DNA of 64,000 bases from contig OZ024741.1 in assembly GCA_964016885.1 (NCBI GenBank), positions 305,846,001 to 305,910,000 on the forward strand, in the 5' to 3' direction. Below are positions 10,502-22,806 of this stretch, in pieces; position 1 is the stretch's first letter; the number at the start of each line of letters is the position of its first letter. The notes beneath the pieces are model-generated. The model ran no database searches, was not told where the DNA came from, and saw only the letters and a program-made list of their open reading frames with translations. Position numbers and translations under genes: made by a program. The DNA comes from Eledone cirrhosa (taxonomy: Eukaryota).

Positions 10502-13500
10502 TTAATTGTAAGTTGTGATGTTGCTGTTCCACTCATATTTTCTATTTAATTTTGGTTTTAATTCTTTTATGCTTACTGCCTCTGTAATTTGCCTAAACAT
10601 TGCGTCTTTTCTGTGTGTGGATTCTATTTTTATTTCTATGTTCTCTAATCTACCCCTGTGTTCTATCTTAGCATGTTGGTAGAGCACAGATGATTCTTTA
10701 TTATCTTGGAGGTCTCGCCAGTGTTCATTTATTCGTTCTCCTATACTACGAGCTGTCTCACCTATGTACACTATATTTTTGTTTCTACATTGTCCTTCTG
10801 TACATCTTATGCTATACACTACATTTCTAGTTTTACAGTTAATATGGGGGCTTATTTTACAGGTTATACATTTCTTATCTATACATGAGGGTCTTTGGAA
10901 CGGGTATGTCTTGCTAATAAGTGTTTTTACGGAGGTACCTGGTCTTTCTACTATCTTAATATTGAGATTATGTTTATTTAGGGCCCTTCTAAATTTGTAG
11001 GCTAGTTCGCCTCTAGGGGTTGTATTGATGAACATTACACTCTGGTATTTATTGCTATCATACAATGAGTTTATTCTACTGGCCTTGTTCCTAGTTCTTT
11101 CTATTCTATTCCAAAATTTGCTCCTATACAAGGGGCAGGTCCCATTTATGTCATTATTTACCATTTTTTCCCATTTGGTTCTGGCTCCTTTATACACTCT
11201 GATTCTATCTCTCTGATTGTAGCCAGAGAACTGCATACGGTGGATGAAGTGTTGTATGTGTCTCTCTAGTTCTTCGGGGTTGCACATGCGGGACACATTT
11301 CTCATCACCCGTACCAAATCCGCAATCAGTATGTTGATTTTGGTATGGTCCGAAATGGCCGAGTTTCGGTGGATCAGGTGTTTGGAAGTCATGGGTTTGG
11401 CATAATGGGAATGGAGGATTTGTTTTTGGTTGTTAATGGTATCTAACCAGAGCTCTGTGTCTAGTACAGGTAATCGATGGTTGGGGTGTCTACTTGGGTA
11501 GTCTATAGTAACTCTAATGCTCTGGTGGATGGAGTTTGCTATTTGCTGGATGCTTTCCATTGTGTTTTTCTCTAATTCCTGACTGTTGTTTAGTGGGGGT
11601 GTCTTAACTACGATGTTTATATCATATACGTAGCGGGAGTACATTATCAGGTTTAAGCTGTCTTCTAATTGTTCTTTAAGTTTTTGTTTAAGTCTACTGT
11701 CCCACCATACCATGAATAAGTTAGCTATGTCGCCTGCAATGCTAACACCAATGGCTGCTCCTTCCTCTTGGGCATATGTTTTACCATTAAATTTGAACAT
11801 ATGTTCCTTAAGGGTTAATTTTATGCTGGCCCCTACCGCATGTGCAATCATTTTCTTCAGTTCATCGTGGTTTTCGGGTGTCCGTATGGCTCTGGTCCAC
11901 CCGTTCCATCTATCTGTGTGGGTTTTCTTGGCCATGGAGGTAATGATCGGTGGTCTGCCTCTTGCTGGTCTTGTAGGGCACAGGTTGCTAAGGTCATAAG
12001 TGTCTAGGTAACTATTACTATGGGTAAGCTTAAGTAGAAGTCCCAGCTCACTGGTATCAATCCCATAGAACTCAACCTTGCTCTCGCTGATCATTTCTAC
12101 GCATTTCTCCACAGCAAAATCCACGTCAATAGATGGATACAGGGACACAACATCCATACTGCTTATTATGCAGTTTGTTAGGTCCCCAGATCGGTTACCC
12201 GCGCCGATTCTGCTGAGGAGGTCCTCCGTGCTGTCACACACATCTGGGGACATCTCAATGATGGGGCGTATGATCAGGGAGAGGAAGTAGGACAGTCTGT
12301 AGTTACTAGCAATGTTAGCCCCACAGACTGGCCGTGTTGGTGGTCCCGCGACAGGGTCCCAGCCCGTTTAATGGTCTTTTTGAAGCCCATACAACGCCGG
12401 CACGTCATTGTTCCAGGCCTGGAAGTTGTTGGCAGTCCTTTTGTTGGGCTGCATTATATTCGTCCACATCACCATATGGGCATTGAGGGCTTTTTCTCTA
12501 TCCTCATGCTCCTGTGGTGTTACCTCTCTTGTGTTAGTGATGTGGGGTTGCATTGCCTGGATGTAGTTTGGCAGGGTGTCAACCGACATTCTGCCAGACT
12601 TGTCTGTTGGAAAACATGCTATCTCTCCATTACGCGAGCGCTGCATCAGCTTACGCAAGCCATTTGCAGATTTTTCTCCCAGTTGCTGGGCCTCTATTCT
12701 ATTATGCTTCTTGCTATACTGTTCTATAATATTTCTAAGTTCGGATTTAGCTATACTAAATTGTGCTTCTGTTTGTTCATCGACCTGCGACGGCAACTGC
12801 GTGCGTTTGTTAAATGGCAAAGTCGTGGCGTGGACTCGTCGTAGGTCGAATGATTTATCGGAGGGGTTATAAAACGGAGAGTTCCAGGCTGCTGCTTTAT
12901 GTGTACTAGTGCTATTATTATTGTTAGTTGTGTTGTTTCTATTTCTATTTCCACCAACAGCCTCAGCCTCATGGTTGTTTCTATGTCTCTCATAATTACT
13001 CCTGTCTCTTTCCACTGGCTCAATGTTGTTATCTACCCTATTTTGTGTGTCTGTGTGTTCGTCTTGGTTATTCTCTTTGTCCTTAGTCTCCCATCTCCTT
13101 TTCCTTTTAATCCTATTACTTTCTCTTATTTCTCTGATTTCTGTGCTACTGTCATTACTTGTTTTCTGTGTCTGTGTGTTTGTTAAGATTGTGGTGGTGG
13201 TGAGAGGCATTGAATGCGTGTGTGTTGTTGTTGTTGATGTGTGTTGTTGTTGATGTGTGTTGTTGTTGATGTGTGTTGTTGTTGTCTCCGTGTGTGTTAT
13301 CGTTGTTGTGTGTGTTGTTATTGTTGTTTGTGTCTGCGTGTCTGTTGTTGTTGTATCTGGGTATGTTGCTATTGTTGTTGTTGTTGATGTGTGTGTTGTT
13401 GTTATTGTTGTCTCCGTGTGTGTTATCGTTGTTGTGTGTGTTGTTATTGTTGTTTGTGTCTGCGTCTCTGTTGTTGTTGTATCTGGGTATGTTGCTATTG

Positions 13501-13950
13501 TTGTTGTTGTTGATGTGTGTGTTGTTGTTATTGTTGTTTGTGTCTGTGTGTCTGTTGTTGTTGGGATGTGTGTTGTATATGTGTGTGCGTATATTGTTGC
13601 TTTTGTTTTTGATGCTCCAGCGTAGTTTTGTAAATGATTTTTCTATTTCTGACAGACAACTAATCATATTTACCTTCTTGAATGTCGCAAATTTGGGTGG
13701 CAGACATAACACAGGCATTTCATTATTATCTATTTCCCTGTTTCCATAAATGTTGGTATTTTCGTTGTTGAACTCTTCTGATAATGAGGTGTCGGCCATG
13801 TTGATACCGTCAATTTTGTCGGGATATCTATTGGTATACTCTATAGTATCCCGATTTAGCTTTGCCTGTTTAAGCCACTTTAGTTTTCTGTTAAAGTGCT
13901 TATCACATTCTTGAGTAATGTACTGTTCTTCGGGGCGTATAAGGCTTATA
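10502..13950 (-). pseudogene. PLE reverse transcriptase-GIY-YIG polyprotein, inactivated
   Basis: TDKSG, then KDH*..PPTRPVCGAN (in-frame TAA at 12368-12370), MDVVSLYPSI, GAAIG..IANLFM, RYVYD (YVDD mutated), VVYSIRC..YIGETARSIGERINEH..EAVSI. Frameshift near 13200. Confidence 0.92.
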
Positions 13951-14659
13951 CGTGGAACAGCAACATCACAACTTACAATTATACGTGGAACAGCAACATC
14001 ACAACTTACAATTAAGGACAAAATGAAAACACACACAGGACAAAATGAAAACACACACACACATAGAACAAACAACCAACCAACAATAAATAAATAAATA
14101 AATAAACAAATAGATAAATGAACACAAACACACACAGACACCCGGATGTGGCGCATGCGCAAACTGAGCACACAACACACACACAGAAACAAAATGGCGT
14201 AGGATAGAAGAAAGGAAAGGCACAGAAACAAAGGAAAGGAATCCCCAGTCACTGAAGAGGTCACAGAGTGTGTGACAAAAGGACTATGACTATATATAAA
14301 CAACTATCTGGTTGTGGAACCAACCAACCAACCAGAAATTTATAAGTTTGTAAATTTGTAAATTTATAAATTTATAGATATATAATAAATTGAAGTGAAA
14401 CAACTGGTGCGTGTGTTTCTTATTGGCAACATGACCCTCCCAAAGTATAACAATATATATATATATATATACACAAATTCAGGCAGTTGCCATTTTACGT
14501 CTGTAAGTATAGATTTAATATTTAAAATTCTCTAGATCGATACAGACGGATATGTACTTGAATTAATGTATTTCTATCTGGCTAAAAAATTATTGTCATT
14601 TTGCAAAAAAAACACAGTAGTGTTGATCATATATTTTTTAATTTTTAATTTCTAAATTG

Positions 14660-14696
<37 letters not shown>

Positions 14697-14879
14697 AATA
14701 TATATGCGTATGTATTGTTTTATTGGCGGTTATTTACTTCCTCATTTTTTAAATCAGTTTGAGCACTTCTTTAAAACTGCTGGACTGGCAACCTGACTGA
14801 TACCTCAGGCACAGAGGATGATTGATTATCGCTAAATACTGATGTTGGTTAGATTATCAATATTAGTATTATTGGGGCA

Positions 14880-15006
14880 CCCACTGATGAATTATAGGAG
14901 CCCACTTGAATATATATCTATTGATGATATACAAGCTCCTACATAAATTGGTATAATTTCACCCAAATTGTAGGAATCCTATAATGAAACGAGACGTCCG
15001 TCTGGG
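14880..15006 (+). ncRNA. Type I hammerhead with expanded, branched stem II
   Basis: CCCA-CTGATGA-ATTATAGGA-[~77 nt]-TCCTATAAT-GAAA-CG-AGACGTC-CG-TC-TGGG. Confidence 0.8.
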
Positions 15007-15582
15007 AAGAGATATATTAGATATGTCTCATATGAAATAATACAGCCTATTTTCCACGCAATACTTTTAGTTAGCACCCCGAACGCATAATTGGAAATAT
15101 AATCACTTATTTCCTAATGTTTGTTGAGTGAGTTGGAATTTGGCCGGAGTATCGCTAAAAAGCTTTCTCCGATATTGTATTTATTTATTTACTCTTGGAG
15201 CTACAGATTCGAAAAAATTCTCGGTATAAGGTTAGCATTTCTTTGTTTATTTTTTATATATGAATATTGATTGTTCCTTATATCTCATTCTGTTATTTTG
15301 CCCGAGAAAATATCTGTGTCATCAAATGTTGTACACACATAGATATTTTTTCAATTTCCAATTGAGTTCTTAGCACGTGGCCTTAATTCCTTTCAGAATT
15401 CATTGTCATGCGCATGTATTGTTTTTTTGGCGGTTATTCACTTCCTCATTTTTTTAATCAGTTTGAGCACTTCTTTAAAACTGCTGGACTGGCAACCTGA
15501 CAGATACCTCAGGCACAGAGGATGATGATTATCGCTAAATACTGATGTTGGTTAGATTATCAATATTAATATTATTGGGGCA

Positions 15583-15709
15583 CCCACTGATGAATTATAG
15601 GAGCCCACTTGAATATATATCTATTGATGATATACAAGCTCCTACATAAATTGGTATAATTTCACCCAAATTGTAGGAATCCTATAATGAAACGAGACGT
15701 CCGTCTGGG
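15583..15709 (+). ncRNA. Type I hammerhead with expanded stem II (second copy)
   Basis: Same sequence as 14880-15006, 703 bp downstream. Confidence 0.8.
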
Positions 15710-15919
15710 AAGAGATATATTAGATATGTCTCATATGAAATAATACAGCCTATTTTCCACGCAATACTTTTAGTTAGCACCCCGAACGCATAATTGGGAA
15801 TATAATCACTTATTTCCTAATGTTTGTTGAGTGAGTTGGAATTTGGCCGGAGTATCGCTAAAAAGCTTTCTCTGATATTGTATTTATATATATATATATA
15901 TATGCATTTACATATACAT

Positions 15920-15978
<59 letters not shown>

Positions 15979-15999
15979 TATATATATATATACATATAC

Positions 16000-16061
<62 letters not shown>

Positions 16062-16689
16062 TTGAGGTTTTTTTACAAAATGAAAAATAACCGAGGTGTC
16101 CTACACGAGTGAATGTATAAGGAAAGAAGATGAAATCGAAAATGCAACTGGAGTCTTTTTTTAAGAAAATATATATTTATTTTGTTCCTTTACCGGTTTT
16201 GCAGTTCTTCTCATTTTCAAAAGTAGAATTGAGAAGGAAAGTTTGTGGTTTTTCTTACATCTGGTTGGTCTTTGAATGTTACTTGTTCTATATGGAAAAA
16301 AGTAAGTGGCTCGAAATGTCAAGTGTTTAGAGAAGTAATTTGGTTGGTTGGTGAATAAGTATAATAAATTTCGTGCCAGTTCGCGTTCTAAAGTTCTTCA
16401 AACAAAAGTGTGGGAGGGGGGAGGTACTCAGGTTGTTTTTTCATATATGAGTGAAGTTTGGTTGGTTGATGCAGTCACGTGAATAAGCACATCAGCTTTC
16501 GCGTCAGTTTGTGTTTGAATTTCTTTTTACTTAAAAAGTGGCTCACGAAGGCTTTTTTTAAATAAATGTAATTTGATTGGTTATAAATGAAATTATGACT
16601 GTCACGTGAACAAGTACATTAAATTTCGCGCCCATATTTTGGAATTTTTTTGTAGCCATTTATAGAATTTTGTGCCAAACAAATGATAT

Positions 16690-16866
16690 TTGTTTCTACT
16701 TTTGGCACAAGGCCAGCAATTACCTACTACATTACTGGTACTTTATTTTATAGACCCCGTAAGGATGAAAAGCAAAGTTAACCGCGGCGGGATTTGAACT
16801 CAGAACGTAAAGGGACGTAAATATGCTGCAAAGCATGGCGTCCGACCCTCTACCGATACTGCCAAA
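16690..16866 (-). mobile_element. tRNA-derived SINE
   Basis: Minus: TGGCAGTATCGG (A box), GAGTTCAAATCC (B box), central TTTCATCCTTACGGGGTC.ATAAAATAAAGTACCAG domain. Same family as 29354 and 39698. Confidence 0.85.
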
Positions 16867-17158
16867 ACAAAAGATAATGGTCAAGAAAAAGGGATGGAGA
16901 GAGTTGTTCTGAGTATGACTGATGTGCTGAAATGTAATTTGAATGGTTATAAATGAAATTATGACTGTAAGGTGAACAAGTACATAACATTTCGCGCCAG
17001 TATTTGGGAATTTATATTGTAGCCTTTTAGAGAATTTTGTGCCAAGAAAAATGGGATGGGGAGAATTGTTCTGGTTCTGGTTCAGTGAATATGGCTGGAG
17101 TGTTGGGGTGTCAGAATTCAGACTTTCTATTGAAATAAACTAGTGATATGTATGTATA

Positions 17159-17267
<109 letters not shown>

Positions 17268-18353
17268 GAAGATGATTTTATTAGTAGAAATGGGGGAGGG
17301 AGTTCTGTGTGTGTGTATGGGTGTTATGTGTGTGTGTGTGTGGGAGTATGGTTAGCATTTTCAGATGGAGAGAATATATATATATTTTGTGTATGTGTGT
17401 GTGTGTATGTGTGTGAGGGAGTATGGTTAGCATGTTAAGGTGTTAGAGTATTAACGTATGTTCAGGTTTATTTTGTTCTGGTTTTTATTTTCTAAAGTAG
17501 AAGGTGTTGTGTGTTTGTGTGCATGTATGTGTTTGTTTGGATGGTTGGCATGTTATGGTGTTGACATAATGTATATTAAACTATATTTAATGCTGGTCTA
17601 TATTTTTCAATAAACATATTTTCCTTTTTTATTCGTATTTGTTCTGTTGTATTGTCAGCGCAAAGATAAAATGGGACTTGGAATTTGGGTGTCTTATTAC
17701 TTGCGCATATGTCTAGATGTGCACTTAGTGGTATCTGTCTCGTGGTTGGATCTTGTAATTGTTGGCGATGAACTGGCATTCTGTTTCTGAGTGTGAGTTT
17801 AGTTTGTCCTATATAATCTTCATTGCATCCTTTACATTTAATGGCATGAATAGATTTTTTGATGAGCAAGTGAAGTGATCTCTTATATTGTACGGCTCGG
17901 AAAAGCTTTTTTCTTTGAGCTATTTAATTGTAAGAGACTACTCTGAGTTTCTAACTCACTATATATTTGTCGGCTCCATCATGTAGAGCTAATTTTAATG
18001 TCCTGTTAGCCAGGCTGCTATTTTTAGCGGCATGGAATTTCGAGACATGCTGGGTTTTGAGGACACGTGTGATAATTTTTATCGCACGCAATTGAGTCTA
18101 TAATATTTTTAGAAGTGGAAGGATCACTAATTTCTCAACAACTACTGAGGAGCAGAGAAAAGAGTGGATTTTACTTAAGATGTTGCGGAACAGTCTCCAA
18201 AACTGTCTAGTTGTTACCAGGCGATTGCCCAATATAGGTCTGTTATTTTTCTTAATTTAATATTTAAAATTAAGTCTGACAAACCATATTGCTGTAGTTA
18301 GTATCTTTTCACCTTAGCAAACTTGGTTTATTCAATTATATTCTTGTTTACTC

Positions 18354-18939
<586 letters not shown>

Positions 18940-18968
18940 ATATATATATATATATTTCTATAACTTTC

Positions 18969-19011
<43 letters not shown>

Positions 19012-19016
<5 letters not shown>

Positions 19017-19774
19017 GAAAGTTATAGAAATTGTTGTAGCGAGAAGCTAAAAGTATTCCATAACATATATGCGACTATAGCGTCAAAATGGGAAAAATAG
19101 TTAACGTAAGATGTGGGAAAAATAATTCAAACTTATCTCAAATAGAATCAGGATATAAATTCAGCCACAGAATTTAGTGAAATCCTGGGAAAAATCAATA
19201 GAACCTTAACTCATGATAAAATAAAGTCTAAAATACTCATCCTTCAAATTGGAAAACTTCAAATGCTCTGTATAGTCTTAAAGACTATTTCATGAAAACT
19301 TTCAGTGGAGATGGTAACGGTTGGATTTCAATCGTCAGCAGAGCTCAATTCGATAACCAGGACTCTCACAGATTTATATGCCAAAAAGGGAATTTTAAAA
19401 CTGGCTAGTTCACCATCATGCGTGATTATGAAAAACGCACATGAGGAAAACGGGGTTAGTGACGTCAGAATGAGGCGATTGTTTGTTTACAAGAAACAAC
19501 AGTCAAATACATTCCGAAAAAAACTCTACAAAAGGAGTTCAGCAAAAAGCAATATTATCGCAGTTTTTATTAAAAAAACCGGGATTAGTCACAAATAATT
19601 TAAGCACTCTAGGAAAAAAACCGAGTATAAATATATAAATGAAAGGTATAGAAATTGTTGTAGCGAGAAGCTAACAGTATTCCATAACATATATGCGACT
19701 ATAGCGTCAAAATAGGAAAAATAGTTAACGTAAGATGTGGGAAAAATAATTCAAACTCATCTCAAATAGAATCA
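19012..19774 (-). repeat. Terminally redundant 624-bp unit with internal hammerhead
   Basis: 19023-19150 recurs at 19647-19774. No real ORF. (TA)n on both sides. Confidence 0.8.
19265..19344 (-). ncRNA. Type I hammerhead ribozyme
   Basis: Minus: GCTCTG-CTGACGA-TTGAAA..TTTCAT-GAA-ATAGTCTT-T-AAGACTAT-A-CAGAGC. Confidence 0.8.
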
Positions 19775-19791
19775 TATGTATATATATATAC

Positions 19792-19822
<31 letters not shown>

Positions 19823-19833
19823 CATATATATAC

Positions 19834-19928
<95 letters not shown>

Positions 19929-19929
19929 C

Positions 19930-19974
<45 letters not shown>

Positions 19975-19988
19975 ACATATATATATAT

Positions 19989-20041
<53 letters not shown>

Positions 20042-20500
20042 GCATATATACATATATATATATACATATATATACATATATACACATATATATATATACA
20101 TATATACATATATATATATACACATATATATATATATATATATATATACAATATATATACACATACATATATACATATATATACATATATATACATATAT
20201 ACATATGTATATATATATACATATATATATATGTATATATATATATACATATACATATGTATATATATATACATATACATAGGTATATATATATACATAT
20301 ACATATGTATATATATACATATACATATGTATATATATATATATATATACATATGTATATATATATATATACATATGTATATATATATATACATATGTAT
20401 ATATATACATATGTATATATATATATACATACATATGTATATATGTATATATGTACATGTATATATATATATATGTATTTTCCGACGGAATTACTTCATT

Positions 20501-20535
<35 letters not shown>
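19775..20535. repeat. Compound (TA)n/(TACA)n microsatellite. Similar large tracts lie at 30312-30675, 31088-31780, 36510-36840, 38330-38655, 41670-41990, 49815-50126, 57130-58085 and 62582-63435.
   Basis: Low-complexity dinucleotide sequence and the source of the YIYI ORFs. Confidence 0.95.
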
Positions 20536-20541
<6 letters not shown>

Positions 20542-20585
20542 AAGTTAAATAAAAGTCAAATGATTAAAATTTAGCTTCGTTTATT

Positions 20586-20640
20586 ACTGCTATATATATT
20601 TCAGTGACAGCCATCTTTGGCTGTGACCTCTTCAGGCAGT
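20586..20640 (-). ncRNA. Type I hammerhead ribozyme
   Basis: Minus: ACTGC-CTGAAGA-GGTCACAGCCA..TGGCTGTCACT-GAAA-TATATA-TA-GCAGT. Confidence 0.8.
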
Positions 20641-22542
20641 TTGAATTAGTATGGTATAGACAAGTACATATGTTGTTTAGGTGTATGATATTGTCAATAC
20701 TCTGATATGCCCAGTTCCTTGTTGGGTTGTTAATTCACTGGGGAACTGGAGTCATATGAATTCAAACAAACGAATTTTAGTGTCACAGGTCCCCTTCTCC
20801 TCTCATTGGTCAGTTATTAGTGTTGTCATTGTTGGAGTTAGCTTAAAAATTGATAAAATGGTAGAAGGGACAAGGTGTTGAAGGAACAAAATATCAAAAA
20901 ATGTGTCAAACTTCCCATTGTTCAGTTCTGAGAGCATTCCTCAGTCAGAAGTCTATAGAATTCTTTCTGGGGTGAGGCTCCCTGTAGTGTTTATGCCTGC
21001 TATTGTTCAGTACATTTGACCTCCACCATTATTTTGGTACTGTTGTTGTTGTAGTGGTCAGGTTATATCTTGCTGCTGCTAACAATTTAGAAGTATTCAG
21101 TTTGTGTTTTCTCTTCATCCCACCCGCCACCATCGTAGTGGTGGTGGCGGGGGGGGGGGGGGTTATTTCATGTATATGAAGAAATATAAGGCAATAAATG
21201 AAGAAAACAGAAGATAAATAAATAATATAATAAAATAAAATAATTAATATAATTTGTGTAATTTGAAAATAAATAAATAAATAGAGAATAAAGAATAAAG
21301 AGTAAATGAGAGATTGGTGAAAAAGTAATGATAATGTATATGGAGAAGTGAGAAATAATGTAGGATAAAGTGTGTGTGTGTGTGTGCTATAACCAATCTC
21401 AAGGTCAGAATATGTTGGATAGATTGGTATGATACAAGATGTTAAGATGAGATATTCAATGTGTTTGTGTTATAATCTATCTCAACTTAAAATAAATATA
21501 AATATAAGGTTATACAGTGAAGAGGGCAGAAAACAAATAACAAATTAATATAGAGAAATCAAGATTTAAGATTGGAACTTTTAATTTACCAGATTTCTGA
21601 CTTTAAAGTTCCAATCTTAAATCTTGATTTCTCTATATTAATTTGTTATTTGTTTTCTGCCCTCTTCACTGTATAACCTTATATTTATATTTATTTTAAG
21701 TTGAGATAGATTATAACACAAACACATTGAATATCTCATCTTAACATCTTGTATCATACCAATCTATCCAACATATTCTGACCTTGAGATTGGTTATAGC
21801 ACACACACACACACACTTTATCCTACATTATTTCTCACTTCTCCATATACATTATCATTACTTTTTCACCAATCTCTCATTTACTCTTTATTCTTTATTC
21901 TCTATTTATTTATTTATTTTCAAATTACACAAATTATATTAATTATTTTATTTTATTATATTATTTATTTATCTTCTGTTTTCTTCATTTATTGCCTTAT
22001 ATTTCTTCATATACATGAAATAACCCCCCCCCCCGCCACCACCACTACGATGGTGGCGGGTGGGATGAAGAGAAAACACAAACTGAATACTTCTAAATTG
22101 TTAGCAGCAGCAAGATATAACCTGACCACTACAACAACAACAGTACCAAAATAATGGTGGAGGTCAAATGTACTGAACAATAGCAGGCATAAACACTACA
22201 GGGAGCCTCACCCCAGAAAGAATTCTATAGACTTCTGACTGAGGAATGCTCTCAGAACTGAACAATGGGAAGTTTGACACATTTTTTGATATTTTGTTCC
22301 TTCAACACCTTGTCCCTTCTACCATTTTATCAATTTTTAAGCTAACTCCAACAATGACAACACTAATAACTGACCAATGAGAGGAGAAGGGGACCTGTGA
22401 CACTAAAATTCGTTTGTTTGAATTCATATGACTCCAGTTCCCCAGTGAATTAACAACCCAACAAGGAACTGGGCATATCAGAGTATTGACAATATCATAC
22501 ACCTAAACAACATATGTACTTGTCTATACCATACTAATTCAA

Positions 22543-22597
22543 ACTGCCTGAAGAGGTCACAGCCAAAGATGGATGTCACTGAAATATATATAACAGT
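22543..22597 (+). ncRNA. Type I hammerhead ribozyme (mirror copy, two stem mismatches)
   Basis: ACTGC-CTGAAGA-GGTCACAGCCA..TGGATGTCACT-GAAA-TATATA-TA-ACAGT. Confidence 0.7.
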
Positions 22598-22743
22598 AAT
22601 AAACGAAGCTAAATTTTAATCACTTGACTTTTATTTAACTTTATTTTACACTACTCCGGAGTAACCAAACCAACCTGCGCACTTCGTCGAGTGCTCCAGC
22701 CTGCATACTGAGGTGTTGGTATACAACCAACTTAAACTCAAAA

Positions 22744-22805
<62 letters not shown>

Positions 22806-22806
<1 letters not shown>

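Larger units (their letters stand above)
9952..14455 (-). mobile_element. Naiad-type PLE, near full length, with 3' pseudo-LTR (~10009-10530) and inverted copy (~13953-14455)
   Basis: RT plus C-terminal GIY-YIG on minus. ~500-bp inverted terminal repeats begin in the ORF end (WNSNITTYN). (TA)n on both sides. Confidence 0.9.
14705..15886 (+). repeat. ~1.7 tandem units (703-bp period) of a non-coding hammerhead repeat
   Basis: 14705-15185 is repeated near-identically at ~15408-15886. Each copy has a hammerhead. Confidence 0.85.
20535..22746. mobile_element. 2.1-kb fold-back element (arms 20535-21581 and 21604-22648) plus ~100-bp tail; non-coding PLE pseudo-LTR pair
   Basis: Near-perfect inverted arms, with the identical ORF call on both strands. 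Hammerheads near both outer ends. (TA)n flanks. Confidence 0.85.

Noticed and set aside
13953-14303. Hydrophobic N-terminus (MFIYSHSPF..) of the PLE ORF
   Set aside because: It is the antisense reading of the inverted pseudo-LTR fused in frame, not a real protein start.
19725-20574. Long YIYI/ICIY ORFs here and throughout the window
   Set aside because: Translations of (TA)n/(TACA)n microsatellites, which lack stops in most frames.
20681-20881. Identical 66-aa ORF on both strands (also 22302-22502)
   Set aside because: Consequence of the palindrome, with no recognisable protein motif.
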